This document shows, piece after piece, positions 19,187 to 30,289 of a DNA stretch of 64,000 bases (position 1 is its first letter; each line of letters opens with the position of its first letter). Source of the stretch: Leptolyngbyaceae cyanobacterium (GTDB taxonomy: Bacteria; Cyanobacteriota; Cyanobacteriia; Phormidesmidales; Phormidesmidaceae); NCBI GenBank assembly GCA_965263355.1, contig CBDHHL010000032.1, positions 3,520,001 to 3,584,000 on the forward strand, read 5' to 3'. Position numbers and translations under genes: made by a program. The notes beneath the pieces were generated by a model. It made no database searches, was not told where the DNA came from, and worked only from the letters and a program-made list of their open reading frames with translations.

Positions 19187-19489
19187 CTAATTAAAATCCT
19201 CGCGTTTGTTATAAAGCGAGCCAGAATCCAAACTGACGGTGTCAACGATGGCGACAACTGTTGCATCCACTGGACGCTCCTCATAGCCACTATGCTGACG
19301 AGCAGAGCTGCCGCGGGTAACCAGCACCCATTCTCCAGGACCAGCACCCACAACATCCGCTGCTACTTCATAGTCAGGAAGTAAATCACCATTTTCGCTA
19401 ATAAACTGGATCAGCAAAAACTTGACGCCCGTCAGACTTGGCTCTTTGCAGGTACTAACAACCGTGCCACGAACCTTTCCTAGGCGCAT
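19187..19489 (-). CDS. ccmL: Carboxysome vertex pentamer CcmL
   Basis: [32 protein letters not shown] motifs. Confidence 0.96.
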   Translation of the reverse strand: MRLGKVRGTVVSTCKEPSLTGVKFLLIQFISENGDLLPDYEVAADVVGAGPGEWVLVTRGSSARQHSGYEERPVDATVVAIVDTVSLDSGSLYNKREDFN

Positions 19490-19492
19490 GCC

Positions 19493-19831
19493 CTATCTGC
19501 CGTAGGGACGAATGCCGCTGACACTCTCACGAAACTGTTCAACAGCCTCGGTGTAGCGGATAGGCAAGACAAACTCCAGGTTTTCATGGGGACGAGCAAT
19601 GATGTGAGTAGACAGAGTCTGACCCCCATTAACCCGCTTAACGTTTTCAACGCCAGCCGCAACTGATGCCTGAACCTCAGATACGTCGCCACGAACGATA
19701 ACGGTCACGCGACCACTACCAATCTTTTCATAACCCACAAGGGTTACGCGGGCTGCTTTGACCATAGCGTCAGCCGCCTCTACGACCGCTGGAAAGCCCA
19801 GGGTTTCAACCATTCCTACTGCGATTGCCAT
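19493..19831 (-). CDS. ccmK1: Carboxysome shell hexamer CcmK1
   Basis: BMC domain with C-terminal extension. Confidence 0.93.
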   Translation of the reverse strand: MAIAVGMVETLGFPAVVEAADAMVKAARVTLVGYEKIGSGRVTVIVRGDVSEVQASVAAGVENVKRVNGGQTLSTHIIARPHENLEFVLPIRYTEAVEQFRESVSGIRPYGR

Positions 19832-19883
19832 CGATTTTTACCTTGGTATGCTACTTGTTGGGACTTAAATTGACATTAAAGAC

Positions 19884-20192
19884 CTAGGTTCTAAACTGTT
19901 CGACTGCTTCGGTGTAGCGAATAGGCAGCACAAACTCCAGGTTCTCGTGGGGGCGAGCGATGATGTGAGTTGAAAGAACTTCACCACCGTTAACGCGCTT
20001 AGCGGACTCAATCCCAGCCGCAACTGACGCCTGAACCTCAGATACGTCGCCACGAACGATAACGGTCACGCGACCACTACCAATCTTTTCGTAGCCCACT
20101 AAGGTTACACGGGCTGCTTTAACCATTGCGTCAGCAGCTTCTACAACAGCGGGAAAACCGCGCGTCTCAATCATTCCTACGGCAATCGGCAT
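19884..20192 (-). CDS. ccmK2: Carboxysome shell hexamer CcmK2
   Basis: 102-aa BMC domain, first gene of the operon, AGGAG RBS. Confidence 0.95.
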   Translation of the reverse strand: MPIAVGMIETRGFPAVVEAADAMVKAARVTLVGYEKIGSGRVTVIVRGDVSEVQASVAAGIESAKRVNGGEVLSTHIIARPHENLEFVLPIRYTEAVEQFRT

Positions 20193-20337
20193 TGTCGTAA
20201 ATCTCCTAGATAAAACAGCTTTCGTTCAAGCATTCGAGTCCCGGAAAAATTGAGTTAAGAATTCTTTTCGAATTGCTTCACACACCGAGACGTATCTTGC
20301 AAACCGTTAGTCTGCAATAACTCCATGACTACAATTC

Positions 20338-20366
20338 AGAATACGAGGGGGTTAGCCGTTTGACAA
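20338..20366 (-). promoter_or_regulatory. Sigma70-type promoter of the ccm operon
   Basis: Minus strand TTGTCA (20366-20361), 17-nt spacer, TATTCT (20343-20338). Confidence 0.6.
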
Positions 20367-20399
20367 TATAAGTCTCAATGATTGTCTCTAATGTTAAGC

Positions 20400-20414
20400 A
20401 TTATAAATACTAAT
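20400..20414. promoter_or_regulatory. Candidate LysR (RbcR-type) site
   Basis: ATTAT-aaata-CTAAT, one mismatch from ATTA(G/A)-N5-(C/T)TAAT, just upstream of the predicted -35. Confidence 0.5.
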
Positions 20415-20878
20415 AATTGTTTGCTGCGGAATGTAACTAAAGGTTGCTGCTGGTCATAGTCTTAGTAGCGTCAGCTGCCTGAGTGTAAGCGTTTGCCGAG
20501 TTTAGCTCTAGGGAAATGCTGCAGATGTGGTCAGTAAATATTGAGTAACCATCAGTCGGACTCACCTTGCGTTTGAAGATTATTGATGAATGGAGAAAGG
20601 CTCATATTGGGGGCTATTCATCAGGTACCATTAATAAATATAAGTGATCTTAAAAATAGCCATAGATTTTTATCTGGGCTAAAGGTTGCAATGAAATCCA
20701 ATCTTTGAGTCTTTCATGGGCCTGGTTTTGTGATCGTCCTCACATTACGTAGGTGAGGGATGTTCGAGGTAAGGCTGTGTCGCAGGATTCTGGATCCTAG
20801 ATTCTGGAAATCTGATGCTGAGGATAGTGACGGATTGGCTTAGGGTGTTTATGGGTTGCCAGTGGGCTCTTTGATGGC

Positions 20879-22714
20879 ATGATGCAGGCTCTGATTCAGT
20901 TAAGTTGGCTCATCCCGATATACGGGTTCTTGGGCGTGATTCTGTCTTTGCCCTGGTCTACAGGGATGGTGCAGCGGACCGGGCCTAGGCCAGCGGTCTA
21001 TATAAACATGTTTATGACCTTCCTGGCATTCCTCCATGGCACGTTTGTGTTCATGGGTATTTGGAATGTAGGTGGTGTAGAACTGCAGGTCCCCTGGTTG
21101 CAGGTGGCCGATTTGAGCCTGAGCTTTGATTTAGATTTATCAGTGCTTAACCTTGGAGTTATGGAGCTTTCCACCGGGTTGTCGCTGTTGGCTCAAATCT
21201 ATGGTCTGGGGTACATGGAAAAAGAATGGGCTCTGGCTCGTTTCTTTTCTCTATTAGGCTTTTTTGAAGGAGCCGTCAACGGTGTTGTTCTCAGTAGCTC
21301 CTTCTTTCTGGCGTATTTCTTGTTGGAGATGCTTACGCTCTCAACCTACCTGATTGTGGGCTTTTGGTATGCTCAACCTCTGGTAGTTAAAGCCGCTCGG
21401 GATGCGTTTTTGACCAAGCGAGTTGGCGATATTTTGTTGTTGATGGGGGTACTAGGCCTATCGAGTTGGGCTGGCGACCTGCATTACAACGAGATGTATG
21501 AGTGGGTAAAGACTGCAGATTTAAGCCCTCTAGCGGCAACACTGCTAGGTTTAGCACTGATTGCAGGCCCCACAGGTAAATGCGCTCAGTTTCCCTTACA
21601 CCTGTGGCTGGATGAAGCCATGGAAGGTCCCAGTCCAGCGTCTATCTTGCGGAATTCAGTGGTAATGACCTGTGGGGCCTATGTACTGATTAAGCTGCAG
21701 CCGATTATAATCGTTTCTCCTGTGGGGCTAGCGGCGCTGATTTCCATTGGTACGGTAACGGCGATTGGTGCATCTTTTGTGGCCCTTGCCCAGGTAGACC
21801 TGAAACGAAGTATGTCTTACTCCACCAGTGCCTACATCGGCCTGGTGTTTATTGCAGTTGGGTGTGAGTGGCCTGGTGTGGCCATTGGTCTGTTATTCAC
21901 CCATGCTATTGCTAAAGCGCTGATATTTATGAGTATTGGTGCCATCATCAACAACACTAACTGTCAGGATGTTACTGAATTAGGGGGTATATGGTCCCGC
22001 ATGCCAGCCACAACCATTGCTTACGTTGTGGCTGGTGCTGGCATGGTGGGTCTGTTGCCCCTGGGGGGCTTTTGGGCACTGCAGTTGGGGATTGATTTTC
22101 TCCGTCGCGACTATCCAGAATTGGCTGCTGTGTTTTTGTTGGTAAATATCCTGACTATTTTGAATCTGGTGCGTGTCTTCCGACTGGTGTTTTTGGGTAA
22201 ACCAACCCCTAAAACTCGTCGTTCTCCTGAAGCTAACTGGCTTATGGCTACACCCATGATGGCTTTAGCTATCTTTGTGGTTTTGTTACCTTTTGTAATG
22301 ATGAGGATGGCTCTATTACCGCCTCTGCCTTATTGGAATCCCTGGGTATTTGGATCGCTAATTGTGTCTGGGGTGCTTGGTTTTGCTTTAGGCGTGGTGA
22401 TTCCGCTAAACCGAGCGTTGTCTCGCTCCATGAATCGCAATCTGCGCATGGCGCAGGATTTGTTATCCAAGGATTTCTATACGGAGGAGCTTTACCGCTA
22501 CACAGTGGTCTTTGTCGTTAATAGATTCTCAAAAATTGTTAGCTGGTTTGATCGCTATGTAGTCGATGGGGCAGTCAACCTCGTGGGGATGGCTTCCCTG
22601 ATGGGTGGAGAAGGTTTGAAGTATAGCGTTTCTGGTCAATCTCAGGGCTACATCTTCACCATTGTGTTAGGGGTGAGTCTGCTGGGTTTGTTGATGACTT
22701 GGGCAATGTGGTAG
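20879..22714 (+). CDS. ndhF4: NDH-1 CO2-uptake subunit NdhF4
   Basis: RTGPRPA.Y.N, GKCAQFPLHLWLDEAMEGP and KTRRSPE motifs. Linked to cupB. Confidence 0.9.
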   Translation: MMQALIQLSWLIPIYGFLGVILSLPWSTGMVQRTGPRPAVYINMFMTFLAFLHGTFVFMGIWNVGGVELQVPWLQVADLSLSFDLDLSVLNLGVMELSTGLSLLAQIYGLGYMEKEWALARFFSLLGFFEGAVNGVVLSSSFFLAYFLLEMLTLSTYLIVGFWYAQPLVVKAARDAFLTKRVGDILLLMGVLGLSSWAGDLHYNEMYEWVKTADLSPLAATLLGLALIAGPTGKCAQFPLHLWLDEAMEGPSPASILRNSVVMTCGAYVLIKLQPIIIVSPVGLAALISIGTVTAIGASFVALAQVDLKRSMSYSTSAYIGLVFIAVGCEWPGVAIGLLFTHAIAKALIFMSIGAIINNTNCQDVTELGGIWSRMPATTIAYVVAGAGMVGLLPLGGFWALQLGIDFLRRDYPELAAVFLLVNILTILNLVRVFRLVFLGKPTPKTRRSPEANWLMATPMMALAIFVVLLPFVMMRMALLPPLPYWNPWVFGSLIVSGVLGFALGVVIPLNRALSRSMNRNLRMAQDLLSKDFYTEELYRYTVVFVVNRFSKIVSWFDRYVVDGAVNLVGMASLMGGEGLKYSVSGQSQGYIFTIVLGVSLLGLLMTWAMW

Positions 22715-22724
22715 GGGGTAGCTG

Positions 22725-24299
22725 ATGCTAAGTGCACTGTTGATAATTCCATTAGTAGGGGCGCTGGTCATTGGTTTTTGGCCCGGTAATCTTACTAGCG
22801 AGCGAGCAAGAAATCTAGGAATTACTTTTTTCGTGATTAACCTGGTAGCAAGCTTGTATGTTTTGAGTCAGTTTGATCTGTCGGTTACAGAACTCCAGTT
22901 TCGAGAGTCTGTTCCCTGGATTGAGCACTTGGGGTTGCGCTATGAGCTGGGTCTCGATGGTCTATCTTTGCCGCTGTTAATCATCAACAGCTTGCTGTCG
23001 TTGATTGCAGTCTATGCCAGTGACAAAGAGATACGTCGTCCGAGGCTATATTACCCGCTACTATTGGTGATTGCCTTTGCGGTGGCTGGGGCGTTTGTAG
23101 CTCAGAATCTTTTGCTGTTCTTTATCTTTTACGAAATTGAGCTGATTCCCCTATACTTGCTAATTGCTATTTGGGGTGGGGAGAAGCGCGGGTATGCTGC
23201 TACTAAGTTTCTGATTTACACGGCGCTTTCTGGAATCTTAATTTTGGCCTCATTTTTGGGTCTGGTGTGGCTCAGTGGTTCTTATAGTTTTGACTACAAT
23301 CCCGCTATGGCTCATGGGTTGCCCTGGATTCAGCAAGCAGTATTGTTGGTTACCCTCTTAATTGGGTTTGGTATTAAGATTCCTCTGTTTCCCCTTCATA
23401 CCTGGTTGCCCGATGCCCACGTACAGGCATCTACACCTGTTTCGGTTTTGTTGGCTGGCGTACTACTAAAGCTGGGTACCTATGGCCTCTTTCGCTTTGG
23501 GGTGGTTACCTTTTCCGAGGTTTGGGTGGATTTGGCTCCTTATCTTGCCTGGTGGGCTGTGGCAAGTGTCCTTTATGGGTCTTTAGCGGCCATTGCCCAA
23601 ACCGACATGAAGAGAATGGTGGCTTACAGTTCAGTGGGGCATATGGGGTATGTATTGCTGGCAGCTTCTGCTTCTAATCCCCTGAGTTTTGTGGGTACTG
23701 TGTTCCAGATGGTGAGCCATGGCTTTATTTCGGCTTTGCTGTTCCTGTTAGTCGGTGTGATTTACAAGAAAACTGGCACTCGGGATATGACAATTCTACG
23801 GGGATTATTAAATCCGGAACGAGGCTTACCTTTTGTGGGCAGTGCTATGGTGCTAGCGGTGATGGCTAGTGCGGGCATTCCTGGTATGGTGGGCTTTATT
23901 TCTGAGTTTATTGTCTATCGTGGTAGTTTTGTTAGCTTTGCACCACAGACGTTGTTGTGTTTGTTGGGGGCTGGTCTAACAGCAGTGTACTTCTTGTTGT
24001 TGGTTAACCGAGCCTTCTTTGGGCGGTTGGCTACGACAGAAACCCGTACAGTTGAACAGGACCCTGTGTTGTCGGCTGTTACCTGGCAGGATCGAGTGCC
24101 TGCTTTGGTATTAGTGGGTTTGCTGTTTGTGTTTGGTCTGAGTCCAAGCTGGATGACTCGCTGGGTGGAACCGACAACAACGGCTATGTATGAGGCTATG
24201 CCGGTTAAGCTGAGAGTATCGTCATATCAGATGTCTGTACCTCTTGCCAATTCTTTAACAGATGTCGCTACCTGTTCGGATGGAGACTGTGCTTTATGA
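22725..24299 (+). CDS. ndhD4: NDH-1 CO2-uptake subunit NdhD4
   Basis: PLHTWLPDAH, LLKLGTYG and GLLNPERGLP motifs. Confidence 0.9.
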   Translation: MLSALLIIPLVGALVIGFWPGNLTSERARNLGITFFVINLVASLYVLSQFDLSVTELQFRESVPWIEHLGLRYELGLDGLSLPLLIINSLLSLIAVYASDKEIRRPRLYYPLLLVIAFAVAGAFVAQNLLLFFIFYEIELIPLYLLIAIWGGEKRGYAATKFLIYTALSGILILASFLGLVWLSGSYSFDYNPAMAHGLPWIQQAVLLVTLLIGFGIKIPLFPLHTWLPDAHVQASTPVSVLLAGVLLKLGTYGLFRFGVVTFSEVWVDLAPYLAWWAVASVLYGSLAAIAQTDMKRMVAYSSVGHMGYVLLAASASNPLSFVGTVFQMVSHGFISALLFLLVGVIYKKTGTRDMTILRGLLNPERGLPFVGSAMVLAVMASAGIPGMVGFISEFIVYRGSFVSFAPQTLLCLLGAGLTAVYFLLLVNRAFFGRLATTETRTVEQDPVLSAVTWQDRVPALVLVGLLFVFGLSPSWMTRWVEPTTTAMYEAMPVKLRVSSYQMSVPLANSLTDVATCSDGDCAL

Positions 24300-25435
24300 C
24301 CCAAACTATGCCTTCTCAACTAAAAAAAATTCATCCGTTTGCCCATTATGCTGACCGCATTCTTGCTGGTGATACTCTGTTGCCAGATACCCCTGATAAT
24401 GTGGTCGAGGTGATGGGAGCACTGGATAGCTATGGCATTGTTTTAGATTTTTATTCGATTAATCTGATTCACATTGCCGATCATCAGTTTTTGAATCTGT
24501 TTCCCATCTTTAAGTACTTTGATGGTGATATTAATCCGGCGAAGATGTGGCGGCATTTTTGCCATGATCGGATTAATTACGAATATGCTGAATACACCAT
24601 GAAGGCTATGATGTGGCACGGTGGGGGTGGCATGGATGCCTATCTAGATACAGAGGAGTTTCGGGCTAATTGTCAGAGCGCGATCGCAGCCTACATAAAG
24701 TTCAACCCCGTACTACAAATTTTCCATCGCGTCTTCCCTGAGTTCTTAATAGAACAGATTCGTCAGCTTTGTTACTACAGCGGATTGGGGCAATTTTGGC
24801 GAGTCATGAGCGATATTTTTACCTCCTTAGCGGCGCGCTATCGCAACGGAGAAATCGAGCATATTCCCCAAATTGTTGAGCACATTAAGAATGGCTTAGT
24901 GGCAGATGCGGGTCGCCCCATTACTTACAGTGTTGAGATTGGTGGCAAGATGTACGATATTTTGCCGCCTTCAGCGGGGCTCACATTCTTGCCAGATACA
25001 GGCATTCCCTATGTAGAGTCTATTTTCTTCCGGGGGGCTCCTTTCCTCGGCACGGTTTCCTACAATGCCCAGGCCCAGCAAATTTCGCCGGATCAAAGCC
25101 AGTTTACCTACGGGGCTCTGTACGCAGATCCGTTACCCATTGGCGGTAGTGGGATTCCGCCTACATTGCTAATGCAAGATATGTTCCGTCACCTACCGGA
25201 CTATCTGGAAGAGCATTATGTGAAGACCGTACGCGGCTTGGGGGATGTGCGGGTGAAAATTTGTGCCAGTTTCCAACGGTCTATGTTCTGTGTGACAAAT
25301 GCTGCGTTGGTAGGGTTGTTGCCGAAGGGGGCGGATGCCACTGATCCAGACGATATAGCGGTTAATCGCGAGTTTTTGCTGGGTTGGATGGATCGATTAT
25401 CGACGTCTCAATTGGAGGCGGTGCAAACCCCTTAG
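24296..25435 (+). CDS. cupB: CO2 hydration protein CupB/ChpX
   Basis: HDRINYEYAEY, WHGGGG and GIPPTLLMQDM motifs. The 379-aa length fits CupB rather than CupA. Confidence 0.9.
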   Translation: MTQTMPSQLKKIHPFAHYADRILAGDTLLPDTPDNVVEVMGALDSYGIVLDFYSINLIHIADHQFLNLFPIFKYFDGDINPAKMWRHFCHDRINYEYAEYTMKAMMWHGGGGMDAYLDTEEFRANCQSAIAAYIKFNPVLQIFHRVFPEFLIEQIRQLCYYSGLGQFWRVMSDIFTSLAARYRNGEIEHIPQIVEHIKNGLVADAGRPITYSVEIGGKMYDILPPSAGLTFLPDTGIPYVESIFFRGAPFLGTVSYNAQAQQISPDQSQFTYGALYADPLPIGGSGIPPTLLMQDMFRHLPDYLEEHYVKTVRGLGDVRVKICASFQRSMFCVTNAALVGLLPKGADATDPDDIAVNREFLLGWMDRLSTSQLEAVQTP

Positions 25436-25449
25436 ACATAGCACCAATG

Positions 25450-25495
25450 CATCTTCCTGTAGGGGCGTTGCAGGCAACGCCCCTACAGGAAGATG
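25450..25495. repeat. Perfect GTAG-type REP palindrome (possible terminator after cupB)
   Basis: 22-bp arms: CATCTTCCTGTAGGGGCGTTGC-ag-GCAACGCCCCTACAGGAAGATG. Confidence 0.85.
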
Positions 25496-25585
25496 GCCGA
25501 AAATTTTTCTTGAGAGTTCCTGAACTCAGACGTTAAATCGCATCAATCAACGTTAGGCTCAGAATATTCGATTTATTACTCGCCT

Positions 25586-27937
25586 ATGTCTTTGACGGTG
25601 TCATCGCCGCCTGTTGTTGCGTCTGACTTAACTTCATCCGCCGTCGCCGTGCTTAATGTAGATGGCATGATGTGTGCTGGCTGTGTGCAAGCAGTGGAAA
25701 CCCAGCTACGTCAGTGTGAGGGGGTTGCTGCGGCAACCGTAAACTTAGTCACTAAAGCAGCAGCAGTGCAGTATCAAGCAGAGCTGGTGGACCCCCAACA
25801 ACTAGCCATAGTCTTGACTGATGCAGGGTTTCCCAGCCAAGTGCGTCAAGGACAAGAGGCTAGTAATTGGGCCGAACAGCAGGCGGCTGAGCAACAGGGG
25901 CAAGGATGGCGAGTTGCGATCGCCCTCACCCTATTAGCCTTATCTATCCTTGGCCATTTGCAACATATCGGTGCAGGCAATCGTTTCGCCGTGCCGGTTT
26001 TAAGTACCTTAAGTTTTCACTTTGTGTTGGCCAGTCTTACCCTGGTAGGGCCAGCCAGGGAAATTTTGCAGGATGGCTGGCAAGGGGCTCGGCGGTTGCG
26101 ACCCAATATGAATACCCTGGTGAGTATTGGTGCTTTGAGTGCTTACACCACTAGCGTTGCTGCCTTAGTGTTTCCCCGCCTCGGTTGGGAGTGCTTTTTT
26201 GATGAACCCGTCATGCTGCTCAGCTTTATTTTGCTGGGTCGTACCCTGGAAGAACGGGCTCGGTTTCAGGCAACTGCAGCATTGCGTAGTTTAATTGCCC
26301 TGCAACCGGATGTGGCGCGTCTAGTCATGGGTAATCCGTCTGCGCAACCCATTGATATTCCTACTGGCCAGGTGCAGATTGGGGATAGGTTGCGGGTGTT
26401 ACCTGGGGACAAAATTCCAGTGGATGGCCAGATTGAATCCGGTCAGACCACGGTTAATGAAGCGATGGTGACCGGTGAATCATTGCCAGTGACTAAGCAA
26501 TCGGGAGATCAGGTCATTGGTGGCACCCTCAATCAGTCGGGGGCAATTACCATCATCGTTAGCCGTACCGGAGCCGATAGCACCCTGGCTCAGATGATTG
26601 CTTTGGTAGAGTCTGCCCAAACTCGTAAGGCTCCCATCCAAGGCTTAGCTGACACGCTGTCGGGCTATTTTACCTACGGCATTCTGTCCATCGCGCTGTT
26701 GACGTTTCTCTTTTGGTACGGACCAGGACTAACGATTTGGCCAGAAGCGGTTCAGGCCGGGCTGAATCCACACCATATGCATGCAGAGATGGTGATGGAA
26801 ACCTCGAAGTTGTTGGTGAGTTTGAAGCTTGCGATCGCAGTCGTCGTTATCGCCTGCCCTTGTGCTTTAGGTTTAGCCACACCGATGGCGATTTTAGTCG
26901 GTTCTGGCCTTGGGGCCCAGCGTGGATTGCTGGTGCGGGGTGGCGACGTGCTCGAAACAGCCCACCATTTAGACACCATAATTTTTGATAAAACGGGGAC
27001 GCTAACAACTGGACAGCCCTGGGTTACTGATTGTGTTAGTTATGACCACAGTCTGACGACCGATGATGTGATGCGTCTCGCCGCCAGTGTGGAAAAGGTC
27101 ACCCAACATCCCCTGGCGGCTGCGATTGTGGCTGAAGCCACTCAGCGACAGCTGCCCCTTGAGGAGGTGACCGATAGTTTTACAAAGCCAGGTCTGGGGG
27201 TCGCTGCTACCTGGCAAGGGCAAACTATTTATCTCGGTAGTGAAGCTTGGTTGTCTGAGGCTGATATCTTCACCGACGCTGCTACGGATCAGGCCACTGC
27301 CCTGAGTGCCCAAGGTAAAACCCTGGTTTACGTGGCGGTCGATCATCAACTGGCGGGCTTAATTGCCATTGCGGATCGTCCTCGTGATGACGCTAGTGCG
27401 GTAATTGATCAGCTCAAGGCTAAAAATCTACAGGTGCAGTTGCTTAGCGGTGATCGGCCAGCAGTGGCCCATCGTTTAGCGTTAGATTTAGGCATTGCTA
27501 CTTCTGAAGGGCAGATGACCCCCAGTGCCAAAGTCAGCGCCATTGAAAAATTGCAGCAAGCAGGTCATTGTGTTGGGTTTGTTGGGGATGGTATTAATGA
27601 TGCGCCAGCTTTAGCCCAGGCAGATTTAGGGATTGCCATGCATTCTGGTACCGACATTGCCATGGAAACTGCTGATATTGTTTTGATGCGTGATGATTTA
27701 AAGGATGTTTTAGCGGCCCTCGATCTGAGTCGCGGTACCTTTAATAAGATTCGTCAGAACCTGGTCTGGGCTTTTGGCTATAATCTGGTATGCATTCCTC
27801 TGGCAGCAGGAGTATTGTTACCTCAATTTGGTATTTCCCTAAGCCCTGGTTTTGCCGGTGGCTTTATGGCCTTTAGTTCTATAGGAGTGGTGTTGAATTC
27901 ACTGTTGTTAAGATGGCAATTGAGAGAAAGCGGTTAA
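25586..27937 (+). CDS. Cu(I)-type P1B ATPase, CtaA-like
   Basis: MMCAGC metal-binding domain, [22 protein letters not shown] and YN motifs. Confidence 0.93.
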   Translation: MSLTVSSPPVVASDLTSSAVAVLNVDGMMCAGCVQAVETQLRQCEGVAAATVNLVTKAAAVQYQAELVDPQQLAIVLTDAGFPSQVRQGQEASNWAEQQAAEQQGQGWRVAIALTLLALSILGHLQHIGAGNRFAVPVLSTLSFHFVLASLTLVGPAREILQDGWQGARRLRPNMNTLVSIGALSAYTTSVAALVFPRLGWECFFDEPVMLLSFILLGRTLEERARFQATAALRSLIALQPDVARLVMGNPSAQPIDIPTGQVQIGDRLRVLPGDKIPVDGQIESGQTTVNEAMVTGESLPVTKQSGDQVIGGTLNQSGAITIIVSRTGADSTLAQMIALVESAQTRKAPIQGLADTLSGYFTYGILSIALLTFLFWYGPGLTIWPEAVQAGLNPHHMHAEMVMETSKLLVSLKLAIAVVVIACPCALGLATPMAILVGSGLGAQRGLLVRGGDVLETAHHLDTIIFDKTGTLTTGQPWVTDCVSYDHSLTTDDVMRLAASVEKVTQHPLAAAIVAEATQRQLPLEEVTDSFTKPGLGVAATWQGQTIYLGSEAWLSEADIFTDAATDQATALSAQGKTLVYVAVDHQLAGLIAIADRPRDDASAVIDQLKAKNLQVQLLSGDRPAVAHRLALDLGIATSEGQMTPSAKVSAIEKLQQAGHCVGFVGDGINDAPALAQADLGIAMHSGTDIAMETADIVLMRDDLKDVLAALDLSRGTFNKIRQNLVWAFGYNLVCIPLAAGVLLPQFGISLSPGFAGGFMAFSSIGVVLNSLLLRWQLRESG

Positions 27938-28141
27938 CAACTTACCCATGCCTCAGTTGTCTTAGAGTTATGCAGTCTCAAGAAATAGTCTGAAGCGTTA
28001 GGGACTTTACTCCAGTAAAGTCCGCAATAGTAAGGTTAGAGGAAAAAGTTTCGAATATAGCTTCTGGTAAAGAATTGTGGAACCAAGCTTCAACTACAAA
28101 TCTCATTGACGCAATTTATCTCAAGTGTGTTTAGCAAATAG

Positions 28142-28753
28142 TTAGTTTGCTGCAATTGTCGCTAATGCTTTTATGATCTGTAGTGTCTTAGTCAGTCCCT
28201 CATCCTGAGCCAAAATCAGTTCTTTGGATCTGGCATACTGTTTTCCAGAGAGCTTCAAAAATACAAAACTACTGCCGTTGGTGACCAGACCATACAGAGG
28301 TAACGATGACTCCGGAGCAACCATCATGTAGCCCAATACCTGGGGAATTCCAACTTTGAGGGAGAATTCAGCTCGTTTTGACTCAATTACCAACACCCAA
28401 AGCTGATCTTTCAGCACCAGAACATCGAGTCGTCCCTTCAGTGTTGGGCTGGCAATAATTTCTACAGACTTCTCGGTAGTGACATAAAATGGCGGCAGAA
28501 ATAATCCTGCTAAGTCTAGCAGGGGGGCAACCACTGCCATCTTTACAGTATTTTCCAACAACGACCGCCGTTCTAAGTTGGCATAGGCCGCTTCCACCCG
28601 CATTAATAGTTCCTGTTCTGTTGCACTCAGGGGAGGGAATTCTCTCTGCCACTCTAAGAAAAAGGAGTGATCTGTCACCGCTTGTAGCCCAAACCGCTGC
28701 TCTAGGTCATATAGGGTCAACTGTTCAATAGGCAATTTTTGGACCACGGCCAA
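28142..28753 (-). CDS. Orphan PD-(D/E)xK protein, HsdR-N-like family
   Basis: LKGRLDVLV...VIESK...IPQ.L.YM...GLVTNG motifs. No hsdM or hsdS nearby. Confidence 0.8.
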   Translation of the reverse strand: MAVVQKLPIEQLTLYDLEQRFGLQAVTDHSFFLEWQREFPPLSATEQELLMRVEAAYANLERRSLLENTVKMAVVAPLLDLAGLFLPPFYVTTEKSVEIIASPTLKGRLDVLVLKDQLWVLVIESKRAEFSLKVGIPQVLGYMMVAPESSLPLYGLVTNGSSFVFLKLSGKQYARSKELILAQDEGLTKTLQIIKALATIAAN

Positions 28754-28839
28754 AACTCCTAGTGCTTCTAATCATAGTTATAGCCTGTGAAGCCAACCAT
28801 TAATCGCCCGCGATTGTATGACCTTAAGCGCTGAAGTTG

Positions 28840-29439
28840 TTATACCTGTTGCCAAAAGTCCGTCACCCGATATCCTAGTTCTCCCAGCATGTCCCGTAGC
28901 ATCGGCATACTGAGGCCAATTACATTAGTGTGGCAGCCCTCTAACTTCTCTACAAAAAAGCCACCCTTACCATCAATAGTAAAAGCCCCAGCGCAGTTCA
29001 TAGGTTCGCCTGTGGCCACATAGTCTTCAATTTCGCGATCGCTAACCCAGCCAAAATGCACCCGAGTCACCTGAGCCCGAGTCAGCGTCTTAGTCGCTTG
29101 AGGCGATATCAACGTATGGCCCGTAAACAGCTCGCCTACCTTACCCCGCATTTTCCACCAGCGTTTGACCGCATCCTCTGGGGTGGCTGGCTTACCGTAG
29201 ATGACACCATCGAAGGCCAGCACCGAGTCGCAGCCCAGTACTACGGCATTGGGAAATAAGGGCGCAACTGCCTCAGCTTTACCCAAGGACAGAGCCTTAA
29301 CCAGGGCGTCTGGCTCACTCAGGGTAATTTGATCTTCGTCAAATTTGCTGGGGGATACAAAGGGTTGGATCCCGGCATTAAGCAAAAGCTGACGTCGAGC
29401 TGAAGATGCTGACGCCAACACAAATTGAGGAGCAGCCAT
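28840..29439 (-). CDS. maf: Maf family nucleoside triphosphate pyrophosphatase
   Basis: LASASSARR, GCDS, GKP, AGAF and NVIGL motifs. Confidence 0.93.
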   Translation of the reverse strand: MAAPQFVLASASSARRQLLLNAGIQPFVSPSKFDEDQITLSEPDALVKALSLGKAEAVAPLFPNAVVLGCDSVLAFDGVIYGKPATPEDAVKRWWKMRGKVGELFTGHTLISPQATKTLTRAQVTRVHFGWVSDREIEDYVATGEPMNCAGAFTIDGKGGFFVEKLEGCHTNVIGLSMPMLRDMLGELGYRVTDFWQQV

Positions 29440-29442
29440 GGC

Positions 29443-29991
29443 CTAATACACCGAGAAGGATGCCACTGACTGAGTCAGTACATTCTTAAGGCGCTTCCAG
29501 CGGGCTTCAGGTACAGAGGCGTTAAAGGTAAATAACTGACCACGACGGACAATGGCACTGGCTAGATTATGGCGTTGACCTTCAGGGGTGTTAGATAGGT
29601 ACTCAAGGATGTAATAGGTCTTATCCCCATCTGCTTCAATATTCTGGGCATTGACGAGTTCTACGTTGCGATCGCCCCCAGCCGCTTCCGTAATACTTTT
29701 GGATAATTTATAGCCAACTTCCGTCGGTCCCCCCAGCTCCTCCAGGGTTTTACCATCAGCGACCGGGCTAACGATGACGCTAACGTTTTCAGTCACATTG
29801 ATAATGTCATGGAAAACCACCTCTGGACCACCAGAGACGTTAACCTCGATCCAGCCAGTAGGGTAGCTAAACTGATAGCCCTGGTAACTATTGGTATAGT
29901 CCAGCAAGCTCACTGGAGCCGAACCACTACAAGCCTGGAGACCAAGTATAGTGGCAAACGCAATTATCAGAGCCGCTAGTCGCTTTAACAT
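29443..29991 (-). CDS. psbP: Photosystem II lipoprotein CyanoP
   Basis: Lipobox LQAC, GYQFSYPTGW, ENVSV and SFSVY motifs. Adjacent to maf. Confidence 0.9.
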   Translation of the reverse strand: MLKRLAALIIAFATILGLQACSGSAPVSLLDYTNSYQGYQFSYPTGWIEVNVSGGPEVVFHDIINVTENVSVIVSPVADGKTLEELGGPTEVGYKLSKSITEAAGGDRNVELVNAQNIEADGDKTYYILEYLSNTPEGQRHNLASAIVRRGQLFTFNASVPEARWKRLKNVLTQSVASFSVY

Positions 29992-30289
29992 TGGGAATAC
30001 CCGTTAAGTAATGTGAAATAAATTGACAATATCCATTGTCGCATTTTGTGGAAAGTCTATCTCAGCTTAATGCTGGTAGCTAACTTAATGAGCGGGGTAT
30101 GGTGCAACTTGACCAGCACGACTAGCGATCATTCCTGGTGACGTTTAGACGTTCAAATGAATAAGCCCAACAGCGCCAGCATAATCAACTACTGTGCAAC
30201 CGTTTAGGGTCAAGTGGGATGTTAATTATGAGTAATCGCTGGAACTTACGTTACCTTTAGTTTTATTTGATAAGCGGATAAGTGAATTT

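Noticed and set aside
19884..25435. ccm operon divergent from ndhF4-ndhD4-cupB as a novel arrangement
   Set aside because: This linkage is well known in beta-cyanobacteria.
28142..28753. Type I restriction-modification system
   Set aside because: Only a short nuclease-fold orphan is present, with no helicase, hsdM or hsdS.
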